Origin: a virus
Length of the DNA stretch: 64,000 nt
Virus record (IMG/VR): IMGVR_UViG_3300036823_000160
Location: 1 to 64,000 of that record
Reading direction: 5' to 3' (one strand)
Shown: positions 54,783 to 64,000 of the stretch, piece after piece
How the letters are laid out: every line of letters begins with the position of its first letter
Numbering within the stretch: position 1 is the stretch's first letter
Translations under genes and position numbers: made by a program
The notes under the pieces: model-generated
The model's database searches: none
Told to the model about the DNA's origin: nothing
What the model saw: the letters and a program-made list of their open reading frames with translations, nothing else

Positions 54783-55283
54783 TCAGTTCGCGGTCGGCGG
54801 CGCCGGCGCGACGGGGGTTGACGGAGTCGCGGTCGGAGCCGGAACCGCGCACGGCGCACCATCGGTGCGGTGACAGAACACCCAGAGCACGCACCGCAGC
54901 AGCATCTTCGTCCTCGGGCCGGCCTGGGCTTCCCATCGACAGAGGACCGGAGTCACGAGCAGGTTCTTGAGCATTCCGTAGCCGCCGGCCGCGATGACAG
55001 CGACACCCGCCGCGGTCTCCGCGATCGTAGGTGTCAGGGGCGTGCCACCAGACAGTGCCGTGACCAGTGCACCACCGAACGAACCGAGGAGGACCAGGAC
55101 GGCCGAGCCGGCGTCCGTGTGCAGGAACGGCCAACGCGGGCCGAGATAGCGCCGCGCGAGCGCGACGGCGAGTACGAGCACGAGGGCGCCTGCGTAAGCG
55201 TGGTGGCCGACGTGCCAGGCCGATTCGATGTCCTGGATCCCGGGGAGACCGGTATCCGTGGTGCTGAGCGAACTGGAACCCAT
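54783..55283 (-). CDS. holin-like membrane protein
   Basis: Three hydrophobic segments; lies between tail and endolysin genes. Confidence 0.55.
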   Translation of the reverse strand: MGSSSLSTTDTGLPGIQDIESAWHVGHHAYAGALVLVLAVALARRYLGPRWPFLHTDAGSAVLVLLGSFGGALVTALSGGTPLTPTIAETAAGVAVIAAGGYGMLKNLLVTPVLCRWEAQAGPRTKMLLRCVLWVFCHRTDGAPCAVPAPTATPSTPVAPAPPTAN

Positions 55284-55339
55284 CCTGGCGGAACCCTACC
55301 GCACGGCGCGGCCGATGCCCAGTCAATCACTGGTCTCGC

Positions 55340-55948
55340 TCAGAGCGATTGCGCGACCTGGTACCCGACAGCCCCCACGCCGTAGACCTGGGACGTGGTT
55401 GCCGGGTTGAGGTCGATGTCGAACCAGTATGCGACGCCGTCCAACACGGTCTCCGGGGTACCAAGGGTAAGTGTCGTCTTGAGGTGGCCAGGCGAGATCG
55501 AGCCGGTGAACTGGATCGTCGCGAGTGCGGTCGCGGCCGAGCCGTCGAGGGAGCCGCGCATGAGCTTGCACGTACACTCGGGCGTGTCAATGCCGGTGCC
55601 GTAGGTGAAATCGATCCCGATGTTCGTGATGACCTCGCCGGGCTTCGGGGAAATCGGGATTCCGCTGATCGTGCCTTCGTTGCCCGACGTGTTCGAGTAG
55701 AAGCCGGTGGAGCTCGACCGCACCACGTGCGAGTTGAGGTCGCCGCGCGGCGGCAGCCACGTCCAGTTCGCGGCACCGAGTACGGACAGCCACAGGATCC
55801 ACGCGGCGACAAGCGCCATCCAGCCGTTCATCTCCGTCGAGATCGGAATCTCGTCGACGGCGTAGCCGTCGGTCTTGTGCCCAGACGTCGTCGGGGTGGA
55901 GTTCGTGCCGTTCGTGTCCCAGGTAGGGACGGTGCTTGGTGCGCTCAT
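55340..55948 (-). CDS. short tail fibre-like protein
   Basis: N-terminal P.W....P......GY...E.P....NGW anchor pattern; follows the baseplate gene; GGAG SD. Confidence 0.65.
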   Translation of the reverse strand: MSAPSTVPTWDTNGTNSTPTTSGHKTDGYAVDEIPISTEMNGWMALVAAWILWLSVLGAANWTWLPPRGDLNSHVVRSSSTGFYSNTSGNEGTISGIPISPKPGEVITNIGIDFTYGTGIDTPECTCKLMRGSLDGSAATALATIQFTGSISPGHLKTTLTLGTPETVLDGVAYWFDIDLNPATTSQVYGVGAVGYQVAQSL

Positions 55949-55960
55949 GATGTTCTCCGA

Positions 55961-56605
55961 TCAGCCAATGGCCCCGGCCAGGTGGCCGGTGTCCCAGCCG
56001 GGTCCCGAGTCGAAGCGAAACGTGTTCGCGGGCGGGCTCTCCGAGTACTCGAGGAGCAGTCGCACGCCCGCCGCGTGCGCCTGGTAGGCGAGGTCGTGCC
56101 CGATGATCGCGACCGCAGTCGTGATCGCGACCTCGGTCACGCGAATCACGAGTGTCGCGACGCCCTCGCGCTCGACCCGATAGACGGCGCCGGGTTCGTT
56201 GATGGCGAGTGTCGTGACGAGAATCAGATCCTCGGTCGTGCCGCGCGACCGGTTCACCGCGATGCGCGCGCGGCAGTAGCGCCGATAGTCGTCGTCGGAC
56301 ATCCCGTTGCGAACCTGGCCGACGATCTTGCCGACGAGATCGAGCTGGACGCCGATCGCGTCGTCGAGCGTGATTCCGGCGAGGAGCGCGCGGTACGCGG
56401 TCTCGATGTCGAGGAACGGCGTCACGACGGCCTGCGTGATCGCGGTCGTGATCGGGTTCTCTTTGCAGTACTCGCACAGCCGATTCAACGCCGCATCAAT
56501 TAGCGACCTGTCGACCATGACTGGAACAGGTGCCGGAGGAGTCGGTCCAGCGCCGTCGTCCCCGAAGATGGGGCCAAAGACACCGTCGAAAATGATGCCA
56601 AACAT
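55961..56605 (-). CDS. baseplate wedge protein (DUF2612-like)
   Basis: LDDAIGVQLDLVGKIVGQ.R..MSDDDYR, AAGV. Confidence 0.85.
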   Translation of the reverse strand: MFGIIFDGVFGPIFGDDGAGPTPPAPVPVMVDRSLIDAALNRLCEYCKENPITTAITQAVVTPFLDIETAYRALLAGITLDDAIGVQLDLVGKIVGQVRNGMSDDDYRRYCRARIAVNRSRGTTEDLILVTTLAINEPGAVYRVEREGVATLVIRVTEVAITTAVAIIGHDLAYQAHAAGVRLLLEYSESPPANTFRFDSGPGWDTGHLAGAIG

Positions 56606-56612
56606 TGATGTC

Positions 56613-57725
56613 TTAGCTCAGGTCGTTGTAAGTGACTGCGGTAACACCGTCCGCCGTGACGGTCATCGTGACCGCGTTCTTGGTATCCGCGGCGTCGCGC
56701 ACCACAACCGTGCCCGTCGAGTAACCGGACTTCTTAGCGAGTGCGAGCCGGAACACTCCACGAAGCACGTCCCCAAGCGTCTTCGATCCTTCGATGGCCG
56801 TTGCGACAACAGCGGCTGCAATTGTGGAAGCACTTGGCGCCGCGACCGCCGCTGCGATTGTGCCTGCTGAAGGGATATCGGTTGGCTGTGCGCGCGTGCT
56901 GACAGCCACGTCCAGATTTGCGATCACCTTGCCTGCACTGCCCGCTCCAAACGACCCAGGGACCGCCGTGCCAAGAACGGTGCTCGCCACAGTCGCGGCG
57001 CTTGGAACGTCCGACGGCTGTGCGCGCGATGACACGGAAGCATTGAGGTTCGTATTCAGTAGTGCTCCAAGCGTGCTTGCGGTCGTGTGTGCGCTGGCGA
57101 TCTCGTCCCAGACAGCGCCTAGGGCGTTCGCCGCGAAGGCTGCCGCGGTAAGGGCAGCGGCTCCAACCGATCCCATATTGGCATCCACACGACCACTGAC
57201 CAGCCCGTTGGGCGTGCCGCCGAGCCAGAGGTTCAGGTTCGCGCGCGCGTTACCGGCACCGTCCACACTGATCTGGCCGGTGCTCGTTCCGAGAGTAGGT
57301 AGGCCGCCGGCCGCCGACGCGTTGGCGTTCGGTAGTGCCGTTAGCCCGTTACGAACCGCGTCATAGTCGTCGGCCACAGCGACCTGCAGCGCGATTTCAC
57401 GCTGTTCCATCACCTTCGTTCCTCCGCTGCTCACGATGCTGATGTTCAGGACGCCGAGCGTGTCGACATCGCCGGCAGCGAGTTCGAGGTAGAACAGGCC
57501 CTTCTTCCTCGTCGAGTCGACTTCGGTGATCGTCCCCGTCGTCGAGAGCGCGGTCCCCGACCCCGTGGAGCCACCGGTCTTATAGAGCCAGACGGTGAAC
57601 GAGCCTGCGCCGCCGATCCCCATGTCCGAAGCAGAGATCCGGCTCTGGAGAGAGGTTGTATCGACAGCAGTGAAGTACACACGACGGCGGTTGGCCGTGG
57701 ACTGGTTCAGGAGAACGCGTTGCAT
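56613..57725 (-). CDS. virion tail-associated protein (Ala/Gly/Thr-rich)
   Basis: TEVD....G.FYL.L, AVWDE repeats; location in the tail operon. Confidence 0.65.
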   Translation of the reverse strand: MQRVLLNQSTANRRRVYFTAVDTTSLQSRISASDMGIGGAGSFTVWLYKTGGSTGSGTALSTTGTITEVDSTRKKGLFYLELAAGDVDTLGVLNISIVSSGGTKVMEQREIALQVAVADDYDAVRNGLTALPNANASAAGGLPTLGTSTGQISVDGAGNARANLNLWLGGTPNGLVSGRVDANMGSVGAAALTAAAFAANALGAVWDEIASAHTTASTLGALLNTNLNASVSSRAQPSDVPSAATVASTVLGTAVPGSFGAGSAGKVIANLDVAVSTRAQPTDIPSAGTIAAAVAAPSASTIAAAVVATAIEGSKTLGDVLRGVFRLALAKKSGYSTGTVVVRDAADTKNAVTMTVTADGVTAVTYNDLS

Positions 57726-57737
57726 GTTATTAGGTCC

Positions 57738-59516
57738 TCACCAAGTGACGTTGTCGCCGAGGGTCTTGAGTCGGTTCCTGACAACCACGTCGGTCATCTC
57801 GGCACCTGATCCAATCCATAGCTGGACCTGCGCGTACTTGCAGTTTGCTGACGAGTCGCCGCCCTTACCCCAACTAAAAAACGTCGCCGTGGACGTCGCC
57901 CACGGCACCGTTAGGCGCTGCCCCGGCGTGTAGACCATGTGACGACTGTTCGTAACGTCGTGAAGCATCAGAATACGTACGCGCGTGCCAACGATCGACT
58001 GCGTGCCGGTAATCGTGTTCGACCCGTTGACACACTTGAGCAGGCCGCCGGTCGTAACCCGGACGTCGAGGCCGCCGTAGCTCGCGATGCTGCGCTCGGC
58101 GCTCGGTGCCGTCGGAATCAGCACGTCGACCATGAACGCGATCGAGTTCGTGGACGCGCTCGGGCTGGAGTTGTATAGGAATCGTGCAGTCGAACTGCCA
58201 TCCGCGACCGTGAGCGCCTTGCGGTTTGCGCTACCGAAGGTGTCGCTGTAGGTCCACGACACGGCGCCGTTCACAACTGCTGCGTTTGAGCCGATACCGT
58301 CGGCCGCATTGCCGGTCGTGTCCTGACAGCCCCACTGATCCGTCGGCGTGGCGCCCCCATCGACCGCGTTGGCCGCAGCCCACTCGGTCGAGCTCGCCGG
58401 ATAACCGATCCCGTTCCCGGAGTCGACGGTCCATGCGGGCAGTACAGTCTTCGTAGCAGGAACGAGGTTCGCCTTACCGCTGTCATCCTCGACTGTAAGC
58501 GACACTGTGTACGGGCCACTGCTTGCGTAGGTATGAGAAGGGTTCTGTGATGTCGAGTGGTTGCCGTCTCCGAAGTCCCAGTTCCAGGCCGTGATCGTCC
58601 CGTCATCGTCGGTTGATGTATCGGTGAACGCCACGGTAAGGCCCGACGGCGCGATCGTGAACGACGCGACGGGGCGTACATCGATGCTGAGCGCCGATAG
58701 GATTTGCTTGCCAAATCGCCGCCCCAGCGTGACGAGACTGTCGGCCGTGAAGTGTACGCCCGTCCCGCCAACCATCGACAGATCATCGACGTTGAACATA
58801 TACACGTTGGTGTTCCCCGAGATGAACGACGCCTCTTGGGTCCTGACCGTTGACGTGAACGTCTGACCGGTAGAACTGCCGAGTTCGTAGATCACGAACG
58901 GTGCGCTTGGCCAGATCGCACGAAGTCCTGCCAGGATCGCGGACTGGTTCGCGTTGTAGTTCGCGGATAGTGTCGCGTCCTGTGAGTCGGTCTCGCCGGA
59001 GCAGGAGACGAACGCGACGATGTTCCCGTTGAGTGCGATCTCCTGCGCCTTCCAGAAGTTCACCGCCTGCGTGAATGCGTTCGGGCTGCCTCCTGGGCTT
59101 GTCGGATACGTGCTCGTCGGTAGCCATTGAGCGAGTGAACTCGATGCGATGGCGAACTTGCACATCGCCCACTCCGGCGTCGACTGTGCATCATTGAGAT
59201 AGCGTGAGAGCGAGAAGTCGGGGCCGAACTGGTCCGACCCGTTTGCACCGACGTACGACGCGATTGGTCCCGTCGTGAAGGGGCCTAGAAACGGAATAGG
59301 GTCCGTGTTCGACGATGCCGCGATCATCGCGAGCGTTACCGGCGTGAATGGGGTGTTGTAGGTCGAAGGAAGCAGTGTCGTCAGGAGACTAGTCTCCTGT
59401 GACGGGCCAAGTCCGTTGTTGGACTGCCCCATGAACGCGATCAGCTTCCGCCGGGGGACGAGCGACTCCTGATCGCGCAGGTAGCTGAAGCCGATGTCTG
59501 CCCCGAGGTAGTTCAA
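57738..59516 (-). CDS. SGNH (sialate O-acetylesterase-like) plus PKD plus LamG-like tail protein
   Basis: GQSN, GETD, GVHF; WNWDFGDG..S..NPSHTY...G.YTV.LTV; TTG overlaps upstream TGA. Confidence 0.8.
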   Translation of the reverse strand: MNYLGADIGFSYLRDQESLVPRRKLIAFMGQSNNGLGPSQETSLLTTLLPSTYNTPFTPVTLAMIAASSNTDPIPFLGPFTTGPIASYVGANGSDQFGPDFSLSRYLNDAQSTPEWAMCKFAIASSSLAQWLPTSTYPTSPGGSPNAFTQAVNFWKAQEIALNGNIVAFVSCSGETDSQDATLSANYNANQSAILAGLRAIWPSAPFVIYELGSSTGQTFTSTVRTQEASFISGNTNVYMFNVDDLSMVGGTGVHFTADSLVTLGRRFGKQILSALSIDVRPVASFTIAPSGLTVAFTDTSTDDDGTITAWNWDFGDGNHSTSQNPSHTYASSGPYTVSLTVEDDSGKANLVPATKTVLPAWTVDSGNGIGYPASSTEWAAANAVDGGATPTDQWGCQDTTGNAADGIGSNAAVVNGAVSWTYSDTFGSANRKALTVADGSSTARFLYNSSPSASTNSIAFMVDVLIPTAPSAERSIASYGGLDVRVTTGGLLKCVNGSNTITGTQSIVGTRVRILMLHDVTNSRHMVYTPGQRLTVPWATSTATFFSWGKGGDSSANCKYAQVQLWIGSGAEMTDVVVRNRLKTLGDNVTW

Positions 59517-61060
59517 GGGGTCTCCGGGGCCGAGTGCACGGTCACACGGCTGGTGCCGAAGGACGCGATCTGGCGCGTCGAGATCGCGACGGGGTTTCCG
59601 AGGAAGCACCAGTGCGCGGTGCCGTCGACGATGTCGGTTCCGGTCCCGACCGGTCCGCCGCTCCCAGCGCTGGTTCCTGCGATGGTGCAGATGTACTTGC
59701 GCCCGTCGTTCGAGACGACGCTCCGCGCGCCGGCCGTCGCGCTGTAGGCCGTGGTCGACGCCCAGGCTACGGCCGTGCCGATCACGTCGTTGAAAATCAA
59801 AACCTCGGTCACGTCGAGAACACCGTTGACCCCGAACGCGAGCGCCCCCGTCTTCGAGGCCACACCGTCGACACCAATCGTCCGAGTCGGCGACGCGATC
59901 GCCGCCTGGACCTCGACATCGCCGTCGCTCGGGTACGCGGTTGAGTCGTAGCCGAGCGTGATCACGACCCACACGTCGATGAGGGCCGGGTGCGTGAATT
60001 CGATCGTGTGCGGTACGCCCTGCGAGTCGGTCGACGTCGTGACCGTCGTCCCGTGCGTCGCGATCCCAGCGGCAACCTGCGCGAGCAGTAGATCCGCGAC
60101 CGCCTGGTTGTGCGTAGCGTCATCGGTGCACTGGACGAGCGCCTCGATCGCGTGCGGTGGAACACCATCGCTGTTCGTCGTGTCGGTCTCGTTTACGAAC
60201 ACGGTCACCGCAGAGGGCTGGCTCCCGTCGAAGAACTTGAGCTCGAGAAGGACGGCGCGAATCGCGTCCGCCGTGCCGGCACCGTCTCCGGCGAGCTCCT
60301 GCGCGCGCAGTAGCCGCAGTTCCTGATCCGTCGCGATGTCGCGGCCCGGCGTCGCGTCGCTCAGGTTGCGTACCCCAGAGAGCCCCGCGAGCGGCGTGTC
60401 GATATTGATGATGTCTCCCGCGATCGCCGTGACCGCGCCGGTCACCGTGCACTCGGCCTCGACGTCGACCGCTCCGGTACCGTCTCCGACGTACTCCCAG
60501 ACGAGCGCACCGAGGCCGTCCGAGATACTCGACAGGGTCGACGTCGGTCCCGATCCCGATACGGCCGACGTTCCTGCAGCGGTCGCCTGGTAAACGCGCC
60601 CCGAATTCGTGACGCGGTCGCCGACGGAGTACGCGTGTGATGTCACCCAGGCGGTCAGCGAACCGATCGTCGCGTCTGCCTCGGTCTCGAACTGCTTGTT
60701 CGAGCTCGACGCGTGCGCGAGCCGCCCGGCTGGAACCAGGGTAGTCGGCGTGCCCGTGAGCGTGAGTGGGGTCGTGCTCGGAGCCGCAGCCAGCCGTAGT
60801 GTGCCCGTGAGGGCGCAAACGGCGTCGAGTGATGCGCCCGTCGCCGAGTCGGGATCGAAGGCCGCGTAGAGCAGCTGTGCGAGGTCCCAGACGACGGACT
60901 CGCGCTCTGCGAACACGCCCACGACCTGTCCCAACCACGAAACATCTCCGAGGACGAGCGGGCCGATCAACGTCCTGAGCACGGACTCGACCTCCGTGCG
61001 CACGACGGTCAGCGGCTTCGGGGTGAAGCCGAGCGAGGTAAGGCCGTAGGTCGTAGCCAT
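59513..61060 (-). CDS. baseplate J/gp47-family protein with two carbohydrate-binding-like inserts
   Basis: YGLTSLGF, DPDSATG.SLD, GRD..TD.ELR.R, NET...G.PPH.IE, AAGI.T.G. Confidence 0.9.
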   Translation of the reverse strand: MATTYGLTSLGFTPKPLTVVRTEVESVLRTLIGPLVLGDVSWLGQVVGVFAERESVVWDLAQLLYAAFDPDSATGASLDAVCALTGTLRLAAAPSTTPLTLTGTPTTLVPAGRLAHASSSNKQFETEADATIGSLTAWVTSHAYSVGDRVTNSGRVYQATAAGTSAVSGSGPTSTLSSISDGLGALVWEYVGDGTGAVDVEAECTVTGAVTAIAGDIINIDTPLAGLSGVRNLSDATPGRDIATDQELRLLRAQELAGDGAGTADAIRAVLLELKFFDGSQPSAVTVFVNETDTTNSDGVPPHAIEALVQCTDDATHNQAVADLLLAQVAAGIATHGTTVTTSTDSQGVPHTIEFTHPALIDVWVVITLGYDSTAYPSDGDVEVQAAIASPTRTIGVDGVASKTGALAFGVNGVLDVTEVLIFNDVIGTAVAWASTTAYSATAGARSVVSNDGRKYICTIAGTSAGSGGPVGTGTDIVDGTAHWCFLGNPVAISTRQIASFGTSRVTVHSAPETP

Positions 61061-61082
61061 GCCCGGTGACTCCCTGGTCACC

Positions 61083-61099
61083 TTGGCACGAATGGTGCA
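61083..61099 (+). promoter_or_regulatory. sigma54-like promoter antisense to the tail operon (TTGGCACGAATGGTGCA)
   Basis: Near-consensus GG-N10-GC, intergenic, next to CCCTGGTCA at 61072-61080. Confidence 0.5.
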
Positions 61100-61114
61100 C
61101 CAGGGCGACTCGGC

Positions 61115-61531
61115 TCAGGAGCCTGGCATCTTCGAGAGCGAGTCGGCGATCGAGTCCCCGAAGGCTGTGATCACGACCCAGCTGACGTAGAGGGTACGAG
61201 TACGGGGTTCGAACGACACGTCGAGCGTGTCCAGGCTCGCGACGCCCGGTACACCCAAGATCGCCGTCCTGAACGCCGCGCGTGTCTTTACGGGGTCGAA
61301 CCGCGGACCGAGCAACGCCTCGGACTCGTCGACGCTGGCATTCGCGAGATAGGGGATGCCCGCGAGCAGGTTCAAAAACCACTCGCCGGCGATCATCTGA
61401 ACGACAACCCGGATCAACTGGGCCACGGCGGGTACCCCGCGGGCGAACACGATGTCCCCGTTCACGATGACAGGGTCGTTGTTCGCATCCAGAAGGACGT
61501 CGAGAGGGTCGGTAACCAGTGGCGCGGCCAT
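61115..61531 (-). CDS. baseplate protein (gp25/gp46-like sheath initiator)
   Basis: AVAQ.I......GEWFLN...GIPY, I..VPGV. Confidence 0.85.
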   Translation of the reverse strand: MAAPLVTDPLDVLLDANNDPVIVNGDIVFARGVPAVAQLIRVVVQMIAGEWFLNLLAGIPYLANASVDESEALLGPRFDPVKTRAAFRTAILGVPGVASLDTLDVSFEPRTRTLYVSWVVITAFGDSIADSLSKMPGS

Positions 61532-61607
61532 GGAGGAGGGTAGCTCGTGGATCGGGGTAAGCCGACAGTTGTCAATAGGGGGCGATTTCTGGCATCGTGG
61601 TTCGTAC

Positions 61608-62582
61608 ATGCTGCGGATCTTCGTATTGTTGGGGCTCCTCACCGGATGCGGATCTCCTCGTTCAGCTGGGCCGGATGCACAACAAAAGGACGCCGCAGTT
61701 GTGGCGACCGACGCCGCTCAAGGCATCGACTCCCTAGTCCCCCGGGACGGTGCCATCGACGTGTTCTGGATGACGATGCCGCCCGTCGTGTTTGATGACC
61801 CTACCGGGCTCCATGCGCCGGTCACGCTCCACGCGCCTAGTGACTACGTGACGTCGCCGTGGGTCGCGCGGCCCCTCGTCATCTTCCTGCACGGCTACGC
61901 CGGCAACCTCTATGCGGGCTGGGATCAGATCGAGGCGCAGGAGATCCTCTATCTCGTTCCGCGCGGGCTCACCGACGCGCAAGGCGGTCACTTCTGGAAC
62001 GCGTCGGTCGCCTGCTGCGACCGCGACGGCAGGGGCAACGATGATGTCGCATTCCTCGGCGGTCTGATCGATGAGGTAGTCGCGGCGGGCTGGAACGTCG
62101 ACCGCTCGCGCGTCGCGGTCATCGGAGCTTCGAATGGAGGCTTCATGGCCGAGCGCATGGCCTGCGCTCGCGCCGACGTCGTGACGCAGATCGTCGACCT
62201 CGCCGGCGCCGGACAGGGCTCGGGGGACCCGGCATGCATGCCGGTGCTGCCCGTGGCAGCGATCGTCGATCACAGCGAGGGCGACAAGACCGTGCTCTTC
62301 GACGGCGGCCAGGTGTCGATCGTGAAGATGGCGCCGGCGCCGGCAGTACTCGGCGCCGGCGGCACGACGGACCGTGGCGACTGCCGGTCGTTAACTGCCG
62401 TCCCCGGCCTGCTCGATCACGATGCTACGGTCACCGGTGCCGAGACGACGGTAGAACAGACCAACTGCAACCGAGGATCGTTGATGTTCTGGTCGGAGCC
62501 GACGTCGGCTCACGTGTTCGAGCCGACCGCGGCCTGGGGCGACGATGTGTGGGCGTGGATGCAAGCACACCCACGAAGCTGA
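61608..62582 (+). CDS. PHB-depolymerase/LpqP-family alpha/beta-hydrolase lipoprotein
   Basis: LTG-C lipobox; PLVIFLHGY, WNA..CC, DDVAFL, GASNGG. Confidence 0.85.
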   Translation: MLRIFVLLGLLTGCGSPRSAGPDAQQKDAAVVATDAAQGIDSLVPRDGAIDVFWMTMPPVVFDDPTGLHAPVTLHAPSDYVTSPWVARPLVIFLHGYAGNLYAGWDQIEAQEILYLVPRGLTDAQGGHFWNASVACCDRDGRGNDDVAFLGGLIDEVVAAGWNVDRSRVAVIGASNGGFMAERMACARADVVTQIVDLAGAGQGSGDPACMPVLPVAAIVDHSEGDKTVLFDGGQVSIVKMAPAPAVLGAGGTTDRGDCRSLTAVPGLLDHDATVTGAETTVEQTNCNRGSLMFWSEPTSAHVFEPTAAWGDDVWAWMQAHPRS

Positions 62583-62590
62583 GAGCTTCG
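62574..62590. terminator. hairpin at the convergent junction
   Basis: CGAAGCT-GAG-AGCTTCG; no U tract. Confidence 0.3.
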
Positions 62591-62597
62591 ACTCGAG

Positions 62598-63272
62598 CTA
62601 CTCGATCTTGCCCTTGGCCGTGCCTGCGTCCCAGCCCTTGCCCGTGGTCGCGTTGATACCGAGTGCGGTCGCAAGCGCGGCGAGCGCCGCGGCCGACGGG
62701 TCTGCGCCGAGGCTGCTGATCGCGCTCACAAGCGCCGCCCCGAACGTGTCGAGCGCGCTCTGGCCCACGATCGCCTGGCTGGCGTTCGGCGATCCGATCC
62801 TGACCTCGATCTGTGTCGAGATCACGAGCGCGTCCGTGGGTGGCGCCGGCACGATCGGCGCGCCGTACGCGCGAAAGCCAGGCTGGAACACCGCGTCGTT
62901 GATGTCGTGGTGGTGCGAGAGCACCGGATCAATCGAGCGCGAAGCCGTCGTCGACAGCAGTCGATCGATCGAGGCATGGCAGAACACCAGCAGCCCGGTG
63001 TCTCCGACCGCGATCGGGAACGTGATCGAGCTCGGTCCGCTGCCGAGGAACTGCACGGGCACGTTCGAGACGATCGGGAAATCCTCGACCTGGCGGTTAC
63101 CGAACTCGTCGGGGTACTCGCGCTTGACGAGGATCTGTGCGTCGACTTGCTGCGTGACGGGATCGTACCGATTCACGCGCGCAGGAATCGCCACGAACAC
63201 CTTCGCGATCTGTGCGTCGATGGCGGCCGCGATAGCGTCTGCGAAACCTGGATCTGCGAGGGGCTCGATCAC
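62598..63272 (-). CDS. baseplate spike (Gp138-like)
   Basis: IPARV..YDP, NVPV.F, ITFPI..GD..L.VF..SID, HDINDAVF.PG. Confidence 0.9.
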   Translation of the reverse strand: MIEPLADPGFADAIAAAIDAQIAKVFVAIPARVNRYDPVTQQVDAQILVKREYPDEFGNRQVEDFPIVSNVPVQFLGSGPSSITFPIAVGDTGLLVFCHASIDRLLSTTASRSIDPVLSHHHDINDAVFQPGFRAYGAPIVPAPPTDALVISTQIEVRIGSPNASQAIVGQSALDTFGAALVSAISSLGADPSAAALAALATALGINATTGKGWDAGTAKGKIE

Positions 63273-64000
63273 AGTTGCTTCGCCTGGATCTCGGAGAACC
63301 AGTCCGCCGTTCGCCCGTGAGTATCTCCGACGTTCTTAACGTCCTCGATGCGAAAGTTCCCGTTGATCGTCTCGCTGACGAGCTGCATCAGCCGGCCCGG
63401 AACGGCACGCGTGTCGATCTGGCTCTTGACCTTTAGGATCGGTGGTTTCCCTAGCGTCTTGGGGACGCTGTAGTCCGGTGCGCCGACCATGCCCGTCGCC
63501 TGTGAAACCACAATCGCAGGCAGTGTCCCCGACGTGGTCACGACGCCGTTGCCGTCGATGACATCGCGTTCGCCGAGGATCTGAAGCTGCTGGTCCTGGA
63601 TACTCCATCCGAGCCCGCTGGGATCGAGGACCTTGGTGAGCACGTCCTGCGCAGGCCCGTGAAACGTGAACCCGTTGTTGGCGATCGCGGCCACGAGCGC
63701 GGTCGCGCCCTTCGCGTTCTTCGGAACCACGAGCCCCATGGACGCCGCTGCGATCTGGAGCGCCTGCGTGCCCGTGACCGGACCACCCAGGCCCGCCGAC
63801 ACGCGCGCGTTGTCGATCGCACGCTGCCCGTCCGCGAGCTGGATCTTCGTCGTCCAGTTCGGGGGCTCGTGCTTGCTCTCGTCCTCGCGAACATCGCCCT
63901 GGAACAGGATCGCATAGCTGCCGGTGTCGTATGCGACCTCGAGTTGAACGTTGAGCGGCCGCTTCTTGAGAGCCGCGCGCGTCGCCTCGTTCAGGTTCGA
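63269..64000 (-). CDS. baseplate hub protein, 5' truncated by the window
   Basis: Frame open to the window end; WSIQDQQLQI, TGMVGAP, V..VGDTHG..W. Confidence 0.85.
   Translation of the reverse strand, partial: SNLNEATRAALKKRPLNVQLEVAYDTGSYAILFQGDVREDESKHEPPNWTTKIQLADGQRAIDNARVSAGLGGPVTGTQALQIAAASMGLVVPKNAKGATALVAAIANNGFTFHGPAQDVLTKVLDPSGLGWSIQDQQLQILGERDVIDGNGVVTTSGTLPAIVVSQATGMVGAPDYSVPKTLGKPPILKVKSQIDTRAVPGRLMQLVSETINGNFRIEDVKNVGDTHGRTADWFSEIQAKQL

Noticed and set aside
1-64000. tRNA, rRNA, integrase, transposase, reverse transcriptase/DGR
   Set aside because: No recognisable motifs found by eye; tRNAscan, Infernal and HMM searches would be needed to exclude them formally.

Overview
The window is a GC-rich (about 65-70% by eye), densely packed segment of a tailed dsDNA phage, most likely a myovirus. 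No integrase, tRNA, rRNA or CRISPR array is visible. Bases 1-48863 are mostly + strand and hold early, replication and DNA-modification genes: a Mom-like protein, three DNA methyltransferases, two SF2 helicases, TerL, a primase-VapE helicase, a Cas4/RecB-like exonuclease, GP88, family A DNA polymerase, a glycosyltransferase, a cupin, oligoribonuclease, a SLOG protein, RuvC and many small ORFs coupled by NTGA overlaps. Bases 48870-64000 are mostly - strand: an ECF sigma factor, GH25 endolysin, nucleotide-metabolism genes, holin-like proteins, tail fibre/esterase proteins and contractile-tail baseplate genes. Four observations stand out. (1) Eighteen copies of an ECF-type promoter motif (GAAAGC-N17/18-GTT), mostly leaderless, occur alongside a phage-encoded ECF sigma with a long N-terminal extension. 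(2) A second class of sigma54-like (GG-N10-GC) near-leaderless promoters is tied to a recurrent CTGGTCA box, which also forms a perfect inverted repeat at the start of the sigma gene. (3) The PolA gene is split at the thumb/palm junction by a coupled Cys-rich ORF and carries several Zn-finger-like inserts. (4) An Acb2/Tad1-like protein sits between two paralogous lipoproteins. All family calls come from motifs recognised by eye; no searches were run. A myxobacterial host is only a weak inference.
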